Shown one piece after another: positions 52,390 to 63,718 of a DNA stretch of 64,000 bases. The stretch lies in assembly GCF_000026545.1 (NCBI RefSeq), contig NC_011601.1. One strand, given 5' to 3'. The stretch's first letter is position 1. The number at the start of each line of letters is the position of its first letter. The translations under genes and the position numbers were made by a program. This DNA is from Escherichia coli O127:H6 str. E2348/69 (lineage in GTDB: Bacteria > Pseudomonadota > Gammaproteobacteria > Enterobacterales > Enterobacteriaceae). The notes below the pieces were generated by a model, which was not told the DNA's origin, searched no databases, and worked only from the letters and a program-made list of their open reading frames with translations.

Positions 52390-52977
52390 TTAATCGGTGG
52401 GTAAATGCTGAGTAATAAAGTGACGGGTCAGCGAGTGTGCGAGAGGTTTATCCAGCGGTTTGCCGCTCAGTGCCGCGCGCAGCCATAATCCGTCAATTAG
52501 CGCGGCAAGGCCGTAGCCCGCTTCCTGTGCCTGTTGGCGTGGTAACTCGCGGCGAAATTCGCTCACCAGATTCGACAATAAGCGGCGGCTACTGACCTGC
52601 TGCAAGCGATAGAGCATCGGCTGATGCATACTGCTGGCCCAGAAGGCCAGCCAGGCTTTCATCGCCGCACTGCTCACCTGGGTTTCATCGAAGTTTCCGC
52701 CAACAATCGCCTGTAATCGCCGCTCTGCACTGCCCTGCGGAAGTGCATGTAATCGATTCAAAACCGCGTCACGCAGCTGACTGGTGATATCGCGCATGGT
52801 TGCTTCCAGCAGACCATTTTTGTCCCTGAAATAGTGGCTGATGATCCCCGTAGAAACGCCTGCACGGCGGGCGATCTGCGCGATCGTTGCATCGTGCATG
52901 CCCACTTCATTTATTGCTTCCAGCGTGGCGTCGATCAGTTGTCTGCGCCGGATCGACTGCATTCCCAATTTGGGCAT
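52390..52977 (-). CDS. betI: TetR-family choline-responsive repressor BetI
   Basis: '[50 protein letters not shown]'; 195 aa. Confidence 0.9.
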
Positions 52978-53105
52978 TTTCGCCACTCCATTCATCAGCG
53001 TTGTTTATCTATTAAAGCGGTTATTGATTGGACGTTCAATATAAAATGTGTCTTAATTGTTACTAATTTGATTTTAAATGGTAACAATAACAGTGGGGAT
53101 ACTGG

Positions 53106-55139
53106 ATGACAGACCTTTCACACAGCAGGGAAAAGGACAAAATCAATCCGGTGGTGTTTTATACTTCCGCCGGACTGATTTTGTTGTTTTCCCTGACAAC
53201 GATCCTGTTTCGCGACTTCTCGGCCCTGTGGATTGGCCGCACGCTGGACTGGGTCTCTAAAACCTTCGGTTGGTACTATCTGCTGGCGGCAACGCTCTAT
53301 ATTGTCTTTGTAGTCTGTATCGCTTGTTCGCGTTTTGGTTCGGTGAAGCTCGGGCCTGAACAATCAAAACCGGAATTCAGTCTGCTGAGTTGGGCGGCGA
53401 TGCTGTTTGCTGCCGGGATCGGTATCGACCTGATGTTCTTCTCCGTAGCCGAACCGGTAACGCAGTATATGCAGCCGCCGGAAGGCGCGGGACAGACGAT
53501 TGAGGCCGCGCGTCAGGCGATGGTCTGGACGCTGTTTCACTACGGCTTAACCGGCTGGTCGATGTATGCGCTGATGGGCATGGCGCTCGGATACTTTAGC
53601 TATCGTTATAATTTGCCGCTCACTATCCGCTCGGCGCTGTACCCGATCTTCGGTAAACGGATTAACGGGCCGATAGGTCACTCAGTGGATATTGCTGCGG
53701 TGATCGGCACCATCTTCGGTATTGCCACTACGCTCGGTATCGGTGTGGTGCAGCTTAACTATGGCTTGAGCGTACTGTTTGATATTCCCGATTCGATGGC
53801 GGCGAAAGCGGCACTGATCGCCTTGTCGGTGATCATCGCCACTATCTCGGTGACATCCGGTGTTGATAAGGGCATTCGCGTGTTATCGGAACTCAACGTT
53901 GCGCTGGCGCTGGGATTGATTCTGTTCGTGTTGTTTATGGGCGACACCTCGTTCCTGCTTAATGCACTGGTGCTGAATGTTGGCGACTATGTGAATCGCT
54001 TTATGGGCATGACGCTCAACAGTTTTGCCTTCGACCGTCCGGTTGAGTGGATGAATAACTGGACGCTCTTCTTCTGGGCATGGTGGGTGGCATGGTCGCC
54101 GTTTGTCGGCTTGTTCCTGGCGCGTATCTCGCGTGGGCGTACCATTCGCCAGTTCGTGCTGGGCACGTTGATTATTCCGTTTACCTTCACGCTGTTATGG
54201 CTCTCGGTATTCGGCAATAGCGCGCTGTATGAAATCATCCACGGCGGCGCTGCATTTGCCGAGGAAGCGATGGTCCATCCGGAGCGCGGCTTCTACAGCC
54301 TGCTGGCGCAGTATCCGGCGTTTACCTTTAGCGCCTCCGTCGCCACCATTACTGGCCTGCTGTTTTATGTGACCTCGGCGGACTCCGGTGCGTTGGTGCT
54401 GGGGAATTTCACCTCGCAGCTTAAAGATATCAACAGCGACGCACCCGGCTGGCTGCGCGTCTTCTGGTCGGTGGCGATTGGCCTGCTGACGCTAGGCATG
54501 CTGATGACCAACGGGATATCTGCGCTGCAAAACACCACGGTGATTATGGGCCTGCCGTTCAGCTTTGTGATCTTCTTCGTGATGGCGGGGTTGTATAAAT
54601 CTCTGAAGGTAGAAGATTACCGCCGTGAAAGTGCCAACCGCGATACCGCGCCGCGACCGCTGGGGCTTCAGGATCGCCTGAGCTGGAAAAAACGTCTCTC
54701 GCGCCTGATGAATTATCCGGGCACGCGTTACACTAAACAGATGATGGAGACGGTCTGTTATCCGGCAATGGAAGAAGTGGCGCAGGAACTGCGGTTGCGC
54801 GGCGCGTACGTGGAGCTAAAAAACCTGCCGCCGGAAGAGGGACAACAGTTGGGGCATCTGGATTTGTTGGTGCATATGGGCGAAGAGCAGAACTTTGTCT
54901 ATCAGATTTGGCCGCAGCAATATTCAGTGCCGGGCTTTACCTACCGCGCACGTAGCGGGAAATCGACCTACTACCGGCTGGAAACCTTCCTGTTAGAAGG
55001 CAGCCAGGGCAACGACCTGATGGACTACAGCAAAGAGCAGGTGATCACCGATATTCTCGACCAGTACGAGCGGCACCTTAACTTTATCCATCTCCATCGT
55101 GAAGCGCCGGGCCATAGCGTGATGTTCCCGGACTCGTGA
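53106..55139 (+). CDS. betT: High-affinity choline transporter (BCCT family)
   Basis: 677 aa polytopic membrane protein, divergent from betIBA. Confidence 0.95.
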   Translation: MTDLSHSREKDKINPVVFYTSAGLILLFSLTTILFRDFSALWIGRTLDWVSKTFGWYYLLAATLYIVFVVCIACSRFGSVKLGPEQSKPEFSLLSWAAMLFAAGIGIDLMFFSVAEPVTQYMQPPEGAGQTIEAARQAMVWTLFHYGLTGWSMYALMGMALGYFSYRYNLPLTIRSALYPIFGKRINGPIGHSVDIAAVIGTIFGIATTLGIGVVQLNYGLSVLFDIPDSMAAKAALIALSVIIATISVTSGVDKGIRVLSELNVALALGLILFVLFMGDTSFLLNALVLNVGDYVNRFMGMTLNSFAFDRPVEWMNNWTLFFWAWWVAWSPFVGLFLARISRGRTIRQFVLGTLIIPFTFTLLWLSVFGNSALYEIIHGGAAFAEEAMVHPERGFYSLLAQYPAFTFSASVATITGLLFYVTSADSGALVLGNFTSQLKDINSDAPGWLRVFWSVAIGLLTLGMLMTNGISALQNTTVIMGLPFSFVIFFVMAGLYKSLKVEDYRRESANRDTAPRPLGLQDRLSWKKRLSRLMNYPGTRYTKQMMETVCYPAMEEVAQELRLRGAYVELKNLPPEEGQQLGHLDLLVHMGEEQNFVYQIWPQQYSVPGFTYRARSGKSTYYRLETFLLEGSQGNDLMDYSKEQVITDILDQYERHLNFIHLHREAPGHSVMFPDS

Positions 55140-56016
55140 TTGTTATTGCATAAAACCGCGCCATGTCTGCATATGGCGCGGTTTCTCTTACCTCTTGATA
55201 CGTTATATCTGTGTACAGTTAAGCCCTTAGTATCGATTGATGATTGCCAGGCAACAGATAATAAAAAAGAAAAGAACTATTGAAGCCCAAAACCTACGTT
55301 TGGACTGTTGTGAATGTTCAATAAGCTTAGTCTTATTTAATGTAAATATTGGTGCTAATTTGAAATGACGCTTTATTCATGGGGAACGCGTAGAGCAAAT
55401 CAACTAAAATCAATGTAACCGTTTGTTGTTTAAGGTTTAATTGTCTGTGTCTGATATTTTATTGATTGTTTTAAATATTGTTTTTATTGTCATTGTTATA
55501 ATGTTGGCTATCTATTGCTGAATGGATTCAGTCTTAAGAGGCAGGTTGTTAAGGGATAGGCATAGAGTAATGACGTGTATGCATAACCAACATCTTTACT
55601 CATTATGTCATTGAATGTTGACGCTATGTGTTTATGAGGTTGAGGTATTTTCAGTTGATCTGGATTGTTAAATTCATATAATGCGCCTTTACTCATGAAT
55701 GGGCGTCAATACGTAGTGGGAAATTATAAATATCGAAATAGTCCAACTACTTCTTTATTACCAAAAATGAGTATCTGAATTTTAATATTGCATTCTTGCG
55801 TGATTATCTCCTGAGTTTGACTTGTGATTACCTTTTTAAGGTATTTAGCGTAACTGTTTTTGAGCGAGCATCAGAGGTAAAGATAATCTTCTTGATAGTG
55901 ATGTGGGATGTTATACGTATGGCATCGCTAATGTTTATGGTTACCCCTTATGTGTGCTCAGGAATCCACAGGTAATCACTCATACTGAACAGCGATAAAA
56001 GATAAAAGGTGTGTTC

Positions 56017-57105
56017 ATGAATTCATGTGATTTTCGTGTTTTTCTGCAAGAGTTCGGTACAACGGTTCATTTGTCATTGCCTGGTAGCGTATCCGAGAAA
56101 GAACGACTGCTACTCAAGCTGCTGATGCAGGGAATGTCTGTAACAGAAATATCACAGTACAGAAATCGCAGTGCAAAGACCATTTCACATCAAAAGAAAC
56201 AGCTCTTTGAGAAACTGGGGATTCAGAGCGATATTACTTTCTGGCGGGATATTTTCTTTCAGTACAATCCGGAGATCATATCCGCCACGGGTAATAATAG
56301 TCACAAATATATTAATGATAATCACTATCACCATATCGTCACGCCTGAAGCCATCAGTCTGGCGTTGGAAAACCACGAGTTTAAACCGTGGATCCAACCG
56401 GTTTTCTGCGCGCAGACTGGGGTACTGACGGGCTGTGAAGTGCTTGTCCGCTGGGAACATCCACAAACGGGAATGATCCCACCGGATCAGTTTATTCCTC
56501 TGGCGGAGTCATCCGGTCTTATTGTCATAATGACTCGCCAGCTGATGAAACAGACTGCGGATATTCTGATGCCGGTAAAACATTTGCTGCCGGACAATTT
56601 CCATATTGGTATCAACGTCTCGGCGGGCTGTTTTTTGGCTGCGGGATTTGAAAAAGAGTGTCTGAACCTGGTTAAGAAATTAGGTAACGATAAAATCAAG
56701 CTGGTTCTTGAGCTGACGGAACGTAATCCTATTCCGGTAACGCCAGAAGCCAGAGCGATATTTGACAGCCTTCATCAGCACAATATTACTTTTGCGCTGG
56801 ATGACTTTGGTACGGGTTATGCAACCTATCGTTACTTGCAGGCGTTCCCGGTCGATTTTATTAAAATTGACAAGTCGTTTGTGCAAATGGCGAGTGTCGA
56901 TGAAATCTCCGGTCATATTGTGGACAATATTGTCGAACTGGCGCGTAAGCCTGGTCTGAGTATCGTGGCGGAAGGGGTAGAAACCCAGGAGCAGGCGGAT
57001 TTAATGATCGGTAAAGGCGTTCACTTTTTACAGGGCTATTTGTACTCTCCGCCAGTACCGGGTAATAAATTTATCTCTGAATGGGTAATGAAAGCAGGTG
57101 GTTGA
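56017..57105 (+). CDS. pdeL: c-di-GMP phosphodiesterase PdeL (LuxR HTH + EAL domain)
   Basis: 'MNSCDFRVFLQEFGTT...' with N-terminal LuxR HTH and C-terminal EAL domain ('ELTER', 'DDFGTGY'); 362 aa. Confidence 0.9.
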   Translation: MNSCDFRVFLQEFGTTVHLSLPGSVSEKERLLLKLLMQGMSVTEISQYRNRSAKTISHQKKQLFEKLGIQSDITFWRDIFFQYNPEIISATGNNSHKYINDNHYHHIVTPEAISLALENHEFKPWIQPVFCAQTGVLTGCEVLVRWEHPQTGMIPPDQFIPLAESSGLIVIMTRQLMKQTADILMPVKHLLPDNFHIGINVSAGCFLAAGFEKECLNLVKKLGNDKIKLVLELTERNPIPVTPEARAIFDSLHQHNITFALDDFGTGYATYRYLQAFPVDFIKIDKSFVQMASVDEISGHIVDNIVELARKPGLSIVAEGVETQEQADLMIGKGVHFLQGYLYSPPVPGNKFISEWVMKAGG

Positions 57106-57146
57106 TGTAAACCGCTATTCACAGCGCATCGGGAGGTTGGCAGCGA

Positions 57147-58079
57147 TTAATTCTCCCGATGCAGTAAATCCTGATAGATCCCCGTTAATATGCCATTTGG
57201 CGCAAATTGTTTTTTAATCCACTGCGTCACCTGACCGGTGGCAGAGTGCTGGGTTGCGAGTAACATGCGTGAATCCTGGCGCGGGTTATGGATTTGTCGG
57301 GTAACCAGCAAGGATTGCGCCATCGCCTCACGGACCATGTAATCCGGCAAAAAACCAATTCCTTCACCTAAAATCTGGCACTGACATTTGGTGTTGAAAT
57401 CGGGCACCAGAATCGATTCCTGCCCATGCAGCAACCAGCCTACTTTTTTATTAATCGTATGCGCGGTGTCCTCCACCATGATATTAGGGTAGAGACGCAG
57501 CTGGCTTTCGGCGATCGGCTCCGGCACAAAGGCTAATGGGTGATCCGGGGCGATGGCAAAAGCCCAGCGAATCGCGCCAATCTCCGTGTAATCAATGCCG
57601 CCACCGTCCAGCAGCGTGTCGGGTGCGCCGATAGCGATATTTGCCTGATTATTAATAATCGCATCCCAGACGCCGTTATACACTTCGGTGGTGACGGTAA
57701 TCTGGCAGGTAGGAAACTGCTTTTTCAGCACCTGTAATAAGCGTGCGGTGTGTTTGGGCGTATAAAGCAGCTGATTAATACAAATTCGCACACGCGCTTC
57801 TATGCCCTGCGAAATAGTATCGATACTGCGTTTAATGGCATGAAAATCATTCAGCAGGTCGGTAGCTTTGCGGAAAAAATAACGCCCGGACTCCGTTAAC
57901 TCAATGCTGCGGGTACTGCGAGTGAACAGCACCACATCCAGCCCCGTCTCCATACGTTTAATGGTGTAGCTAATGGCGGAAGTGGTTAAACCCAACTCTT
58001 CTGCGGCTTTACTGAAGCTGCCAAAACGCGCAGCGGTAGTAAATGCCAACAGATTCTCTTCGGTAAAAATTGAGTTCAT
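57147..58079 (-). CDS. yahB: LysR-family transcriptional regulator YahB
   Basis: 'MNSIFTEENLLAFTTAARFGSFSKAAEELGLTTSAISYTIKRMETGL'; 310 aa. Confidence 0.85.
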   Translation of the reverse strand: MNSIFTEENLLAFTTAARFGSFSKAAEELGLTTSAISYTIKRMETGLDVVLFTRSTRSIELTESGRYFFRKATDLLNDFHAIKRSIDTISQGIEARVRICINQLLYTPKHTARLLQVLKKQFPTCQITVTTEVYNGVWDAIINNQANIAIGAPDTLLDGGGIDYTEIGAIRWAFAIAPDHPLAFVPEPIAESQLRLYPNIMVEDTAHTINKKVGWLLHGQESILVPDFNTKCQCQILGEGIGFLPDYMVREAMAQSLLVTRQIHNPRQDSRMLLATQHSATGQVTQWIKKQFAPNGILTGIYQDLLHREN

Positions 58080-58170
58080 TAAACCATTCCCGCCATTATC
58101 TAATATGAATTTCTCCAGGCATAACTGTAGAGGTATCAATTAAAGATGGGTAATCATTTTTGAATAACTT

Positions 58171-58668
58171 TTAATACCCGTCGCGTTTAGTCGTCGCTTC
58201 GCTTAATTTTTGTCCGCCATATTCTGAAATTATCCCCACGCAGTTACCCGCCAGAAAACCCAGTAATGTCACCGTCCAGTTCATCCCGCTGGCAAAAAAT
58301 AGCGTCATGCCGAGAAAGCCCCCGGGAATAAAAGACAGTAACCAGAAACGCCCTTGCCAGACCACCACCGCCGAGAAGGGTACAGTCGTAATTACGCTCG
58401 CCCAGACCCCGGAAATCCCACTCACCGGGGCCAGCCAACCGGCAGCCAGCGCGGCGAAAAACGCCCACACCATCCCGGAATAATTAACCGCTAGGCTTCT
58501 GATAAACCCCGATTTACCGCCGCCTGCGGCATAAAAACTGCAAAAGGCGACGAAGCCAATGGTTCCTAATAATTCCCATCCCTGAGAGAGCCCGACATGT
58601 GAAGACACTAACTGCCAAAGCCCTGCACAAATACCGACGGTGACACCCGTTGCCGTGAGTCCGTTCAT
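58171..58668 (-). CDS. yahC: Inner membrane protein YahC
   Basis: 165 aa, highly hydrophobic multi-TM. Confidence 0.8.
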   Translation of the reverse strand: MNGLTATGVTVGICAGLWQLVSSHVGLSQGWELLGTIGFVAFCSFYAAGGGKSGFIRSLAVNYSGMVWAFFAALAAGWLAPVSGISGVWASVITTVPFSAVVVWQGRFWLLSFIPGGFLGMTLFFASGMNWTVTLLGFLAGNCVGIISEYGGQKLSEATTKRDGY

Positions 58669-58925
58669 CTTGTTCCCCTCTGGTTAGACATGGACGAAAG
58701 CTACTCTTACATGTGCAGACTATAGAGAAATAAAACCTGATTGAGTGAAAGGGTATCGGGTCAAAGAAACAAATATTGCACTACCGCACACGGCGAAAAG
58801 ATTGTTGAACATCATTCAACAAAAAGGCGAAATACGGCGAATTAAATTTAAGCGGGTTCTTTTATCAGATTATCGTTGCTATTCTCAATTCATCGAAAAC
58901 AGCCACAAAAACCAGGTGAATGTGA

Positions 58926-59531
58926 ATGACTATAAAAAATCTACCTGCAGACTATTTATTGGCTGCGCAACAGGGTGATATCGATAAAGTAAAAACCTGC
59001 CTTGCGCTGGGTGTCGATATTAATACCTGCGAACGTCAGGGGAAAACGGCAATTACGCTGGCAAGTTTATATCAGCAATATGCTTGCGTTCAGGCATTAA
59101 TTGACGCCGGAGCGAATATTAATAAACAAGATCATACCTGTTTAAATCCTTTTTTAATGAGCTGTCTGAACGATGATTTAACGCTACTACGAATTATTTT
59201 ACCGGCTAAACCCGATCTTAATTGCGTAACCCGTTTTGGCGGTGTCGGCCTGACGCCTGCCTGTGAAAAAGGCCATTTAAGTATTGTGAAAGAGCTTTTG
59301 GCGCATACGGAGATTAACGTTAACCAGACTAACCATGTTGGCTGGACACCGTTGCTGGAAGCGATTGTGCTTAACGATGGCGGGATTAAACAGCAGGCGA
59401 TTGTCCAGTTATTGCTGGAACACGGTGCCAGCCCGCATCTGACCGATAAATATGGCAAAACGCCGTTGGAACTGGCGCGGGAACGGGGCTTTGAAGAGAT
59501 TGCGCAGTTGCTGATCGCCGCAGGTGCATAA
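58926..59531 (+). CDS. yahD: Ankyrin-repeat protein YahD
   Basis: 201 aa with ankyrin-type repeats ('GKTAITLASLYQQYACVQALIDAGANIN', 'GWTPLLEAIVLNDG'). Confidence 0.85.
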   Translation: MTIKNLPADYLLAAQQGDIDKVKTCLALGVDINTCERQGKTAITLASLYQQYACVQALIDAGANINKQDHTCLNPFLMSCLNDDLTLLRIILPAKPDLNCVTRFGGVGLTPACEKGHLSIVKELLAHTEINVNQTNHVGWTPLLEAIVLNDGGIKQQAIVQLLLEHGASPHLTDKYGKTPLELARERGFEEIAQLLIAAGA

Positions 59532-59570
59532 ACCGGGAGGCTTGCTATCAACACACCAGAAAAACGGTGT

Positions 59571-60434
59571 GTGTGGGCGCTAACTGCGGATGCTGATTTT
59601 CTGGCGCAGCGGGGGCAAGGACAGGTTGAACAGGTCTTTGCCAGAGCGGTAAATATCGCACTCCCGGCTCGCCAGCAGTTGCTGACGCTGCTTTGTGAAG
59701 AGTACGACAATGCGCCAAACAGTTGTCGGTTGGCACTCACTCACTTTAATGGTCTGTTCCGGCATGGTGATAAGGTTCAGTTTGACGATCAAGGCATTAC
59801 GGTTGGTCAACATCATCATATAGAGATGAGTCATTGCCAGCGTTGGCTGTCCCCAACCTTGCAAATGACCGCTCTGAATTTTCACCTTATCGCCTGGCAA
59901 CAGTGGCACGACATTATTCATCAGCACCTGGGGGAAAATGAAACCCTGTTTAATTATCGCGGCGATAATCCGTTTTATCAGGCGTTAAATAAAGAACTAC
60001 ATATTAAACGACGGGCAGTTATTCAGGCCGTAAACGATAAACAAAATATCGCCGTAGCGGTCGCCAGTATGATGGGCTTAGGGATTGGCCTTACGCCATC
60101 AGCCGATGATTATCTGACCGGACTGGTACTTATTTTATTTATTTCCGGACATCCGGCGGAAAAATACAAAGAGGAATTTTATCTCGGTTTGCAACGCGGC
60201 AGAAATAATACCACGTTATTAAGTGCCATCACGCTGGAAGCCGCATTACAACAACGCTGCCGGGAAAATATTCATCGTTTTATTCACAACATTATTTATG
60301 ACATCCCTGGGAACGCAACTCAGGCAATAGAAAAAATTAAACATATTGGCTCCAGTTCCGGCTGCGACATGCTGTATGGCATGGCCGATGGTTGTGCGCT
60401 GAGCCAAACTTACGGAGGGAATTATGTCAGTTAA
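59571..60434 (+). CDS. yahE: DUF2877-type protein YahE
   Basis: 287 aa ORF in the conserved yahDEFG arrangement. Confidence 0.75.
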   Translation: MWALTADADFLAQRGQGQVEQVFARAVNIALPARQQLLTLLCEEYDNAPNSCRLALTHFNGLFRHGDKVQFDDQGITVGQHHHIEMSHCQRWLSPTLQMTALNFHLIAWQQWHDIIHQHLGENETLFNYRGDNPFYQALNKELHIKRRAVIQAVNDKQNIAVAVASMMGLGIGLTPSADDYLTGLVLILFISGHPAEKYKEEFYLGLQRGRNNTTLLSAITLEAALQQRCRENIHRFIHNIIYDIPGNATQAIEKIKHIGSSSGCDMLYGMADGCALSQTYGGNYVS

Positions 60435-61971
60435 AATAGTCATTAAACCGAATACCTATTTTGATTCTGTCTCGCTGATGTCTATCTCCACGCGTGCAAA
60501 TAAACTCGACGGCGTCGAGCAGGCATTTGTGGCGATGGCGACCGAAATGAACAAAGGCGTGTTGAAGAATTTAGGACTGCTGACGCCGGAGCTGGAGCAA
60601 GCGAAAAACGGCGACCTGATGATTGTCATCAATGGTAAATCGGGTGTGGACAACGAGCAGTTGCTGGCGGAGATTGAAGAACTGTTCAACACCAAAGCGC
60701 AAAGCGGCTCGCACGAGGCGCGTTACGCCACTATTGCCAGCGCCAAAAAGCATATCCCGGAAAGTAACCTGGCAGTGATTTCGGTCAACGGTCTGTTTGC
60801 CGCTCGCGAAGCGCGTCAGGCGCTGCAAAATGACCTCAACGTGATGCTGTTTTCCGATAATGTCTCAGTTGAAGATGAACTGGCGCTCAAACAGTTGGCC
60901 CATGAAAAAGGGCTGCTGATGATGGGGCCAGACTGCGGCACGGCGATTATCAACGGCACGGCGCTCTGCTTTGGTAACGCCGTGCGTCGCGGCAACATCG
61001 GTATTGTTGGCGCATCTGGCACCGGCAGCCAGGAATTGAGCGTCCGTATCTATGAATTTGGTGGCGGCGTTTCACAACTGATCGGCACCGGCGGGCGCGA
61101 CCTGAGCGAGAAAATCGGTGGCCTGATGATGCTCGATGCCATCGGGATGCTGGAAAACGATCCGCAAACTGAAATCATTGTGCTTATCTCCAAACCGCCT
61201 GCGCCTGCGGTGGCCCGCAAAGTGCTGGAACGCGCACGCGCCTGCCGCAAGCCAGTGGTGGCCTGCTTCCTCGGTCGTGGCGAAACGCCAGTGGATGAGC
61301 AGGGGCTACAGTTTGCTCGCGGCAGCAAAGAGGCGGCATTGAAAGCGGTGATGCTCTCCGGCGTGAAACAAGAACATCTCGACCTGCATACGCTTAACCA
61401 GCCGTTGATTGCGGATGTGCGTGCGCGTCTGCAATCGCAGCAGAAATACATTCGTGGTCTGTTCTGCGGCGGTACGCTGTGTGACGAAACCCTGTTCGCG
61501 GTGATGGAAAAACATGGCGATGTCTACAGCAATATCCAGCCCGATCCTGAATTCCGCCTGCAAGATATCAACCGCAGCATCAAACACACCTTCCTCGATT
61601 TTGGCGATGATGACTTCACCAACGGCAAGCCGCATCCAATGATTGACCCGACCAACCGTATCAGCCGCTTGATCGAAGAAGCGCGCGATCCAGAAGTGGC
61701 GGTGATCGTGATGGATTTTGTGCTCGGATTTGGATCGCATGAAGATCCGGTCGGTTCCACCATCGAGGCGATCAAAGAAGCGAAAGCGATCGCCGCTGCC
61801 GAAGGACGCGAGTTGATCATTCTCGCCTATGTGCTGGGCACCGATCTCGATACGCCATCATTAGAACAACAAAGCCAGATGCTGCTTGATGCCGGAGTGA
61901 TTCTGGCGAGCAGCAGCACCAATACCGGATTGCTGGCGCGTGAATTTATCTGCAAAGGGGAGGAAGCCTGA
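60424..61971 (+). CDS. yahF: FdrA-like acyl-CoA synthetase / succinyl-CoA synthetase alpha-like protein YahF
   Basis: 515 aa; CoA-binding/ligase-CoA-like 'GIVGASGTGSQELS'. Confidence 0.8.
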   Translation: MSVKIVIKPNTYFDSVSLMSISTRANKLDGVEQAFVAMATEMNKGVLKNLGLLTPELEQAKNGDLMIVINGKSGVDNEQLLAEIEELFNTKAQSGSHEARYATIASAKKHIPESNLAVISVNGLFAAREARQALQNDLNVMLFSDNVSVEDELALKQLAHEKGLLMMGPDCGTAIINGTALCFGNAVRRGNIGIVGASGTGSQELSVRIYEFGGGVSQLIGTGGRDLSEKIGGLMMLDAIGMLENDPQTEIIVLISKPPAPAVARKVLERARACRKPVVACFLGRGETPVDEQGLQFARGSKEAALKAVMLSGVKQEHLDLHTLNQPLIADVRARLQSQQKYIRGLFCGGTLCDETLFAVMEKHGDVYSNIQPDPEFRLQDINRSIKHTFLDFGDDDFTNGKPHPMIDPTNRISRLIEEARDPEVAVIVMDFVLGFGSHEDPVGSTIEAIKEAKAIAAAEGRELIILAYVLGTDLDTPSLEQQSQMLLDAGVILASSSTNTGLLAREFICKGEEA

Positions 61972-63389
61972 TGAGCCAGTCACTGTTTAGCCAACCGTTG
62001 AACGTTATTAACGTCGGTATCGCCATGTTTAGCGATGATCTGAAAAAGCAGCATGTAGAAGTGACCCAACTCGACTGGACGCCGCCGGGGCAGGGCAATA
62101 TGCAGGTGGTGCAGGCACTGGACAACATTGCCGATTCGCCGCTGGCGGACAAAATCACCGCCGCTAACCAGCAGGCGCTGGAGCGCATTATCCAGTCGCA
62201 TCCGGTGCTGATTGGTTTTGATCAGGCGATTAACGTGGTGCCGGGCATGACGCCGAAAACCATTCTTCACGCCGGGCCGCCGGTCACCTGGGAAAAAATG
62301 TGCGGCGCGATGAAAGGCGCGGTCACCGGAGCGCTGGTGTTTGAAGGACTGGCGAAAGATCTCGACGAGGCGGCTGAGCTGGCGGCTTCCGGGGAGATCA
62401 CCTTCTCGCCGTGCCACGAGCACGACTGTGTGGGATCGATGGCGGGCGTCACCTCGGCCTCGATGTTTATGCACATCGTGAAAAACAAAACCTATGGCAA
62501 CGTCGCTTATACCAACATGAGCGAGCAGATGGCGAAGATTTTGCGTATGGGCGCTAACGACCAGAGCGTGATCGACCGCCTCAACTGGATGCGCGATGTG
62601 CAGGGACCCATGCTGCGCGACGCGATGAAAATTATCGGCGAAATCGATCTGCGCTTAATGCTGGCGCAGGCGCTGCATATGGGCGATGAATGCCATAACC
62701 GCAATAACGCCGGGACGACGCTGCTGATTCAGGCGCTGACGCCGGGGATTATTCAGGCAGGTTATTCCGTCGAGCAACAGCGCGAAGTGTTTGAGTTTGT
62801 CGCCAGCAGCGACTACTTCTCCGGCCCGACGTGGATGGCGATGTGTAAAGCGGCGATGGATGCGGCGCACGGCATCGAATACAGCACCGTGGTGACCACC
62901 ATGGCGCGTAACGGCGTCGAGTTCGGCCTGCGGGTCAGCGGCCTGCCGGGGCAGTGGTTTACCGGCCCGGCGCAGCAGGTCATCGGCCCGATGTTTGCCG
63001 GTTATAAGCCGGAAGATTCAGGGCTGGATATTGGCGACAGCGCCATCACCGAAACCTACGGTATCGGCGGATTTGCGATGGCGACCGCGCCCGCGATCGT
63101 CGCGCTGGTGGGTGGCACGGTGGAAGAGGCTATCGATTTCTCCCGTCAGATGCGTGAAATCACCCTTAGCGAAAACCCCAACGTCACCATTCCGCTGCTC
63201 GGTTTTATGGGCGTTCCGTCGGCAATCGACATCACCCGCGTGGGTAGCAGCGGCATTCTGCCAGTGATCAACACCGCCATCGCCCATAAAGATGCGGGCG
63301 TCGGCATGATTGGCGCGGGCATTGTGCATCCACCCTTCGCCTGCTTCGAGAAAGCCATTCTCGGCTGGTGCGAACGTTACGGCGTCTGA
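61971..63389 (+). CDS. yahG: DUF1116 protein YahG
   Basis: 472 aa; start overlaps the yahF stop. Confidence 0.8.
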   Translation: MSQSLFSQPLNVINVGIAMFSDDLKKQHVEVTQLDWTPPGQGNMQVVQALDNIADSPLADKITAANQQALERIIQSHPVLIGFDQAINVVPGMTPKTILHAGPPVTWEKMCGAMKGAVTGALVFEGLAKDLDEAAELAASGEITFSPCHEHDCVGSMAGVTSASMFMHIVKNKTYGNVAYTNMSEQMAKILRMGANDQSVIDRLNWMRDVQGPMLRDAMKIIGEIDLRLMLAQALHMGDECHNRNNAGTTLLIQALTPGIIQAGYSVEQQREVFEFVASSDYFSGPTWMAMCKAAMDAAHGIEYSTVVTTMARNGVEFGLRVSGLPGQWFTGPAQQVIGPMFAGYKPEDSGLDIGDSAITETYGIGGFAMATAPAIVALVGGTVEEAIDFSRQMREITLSENPNVTIPLLGFMGVPSAIDITRVGSSGILPVINTAIAHKDAGVGMIGAGIVHPPFACFEKAILGWCERYGV

Positions 63390-63402
63390 GTTACATGTTT
63401 AT

Positions 63403-63690
63403 GCCGGATGCGACATGAATGTCTTATCCGGCCTACGAATGGCGCGGAAATCTGTAGGCCTGATAAGCGTGGCGATTCAGGCATTGGCCACCACAGCCGG
63501 ATGCGGCGTGAACGCCTTATCCGGCCTACGAGTGGCGCAAGAATCTGTAGGCCTGATAAGCGTAGCGCATCAGGCATTGGTCACCACAGCCGGATGCGGC
63601 GTGAACGCCTTATCCGGCCTACGAATGGCACGGGAATCTGTAGGCCTGATAAGCATAGCGCATCAGGCAGTCTGGCGTTGGTCATAACCC
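63403..63690. repeat. Cluster of three REP elements (BIME-type intergenic repeat)
   Basis: Three ~99-bp tandem units, each containing GCCGGATGCGGCGTGAACGCCTTATCCGGCCTACG and CTGTAGGCCTGATAAGCGTAGCGCATCAGGC palindromic REP sequences. Confidence 0.9.
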
Positions 63691-63718
63691 CATCACCCTC
63701 TGTCGCGGACATAACAAC

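Noticed and set aside
49406-52415. ORFs on the plus strand within betA/betB (49406..50026, 50219..50629, 51003..51608, 52096..52335)
   Set aside because: Antisense to well-supported bet genes; Arg/Ala-rich shadow frames.
63403-63690. Possible CRISPR array
   Set aside because: The units are ~99 bp, palindromic, and lack unique spacers of uniform size between short direct repeats; they are REP elements. No cas genes nearby.
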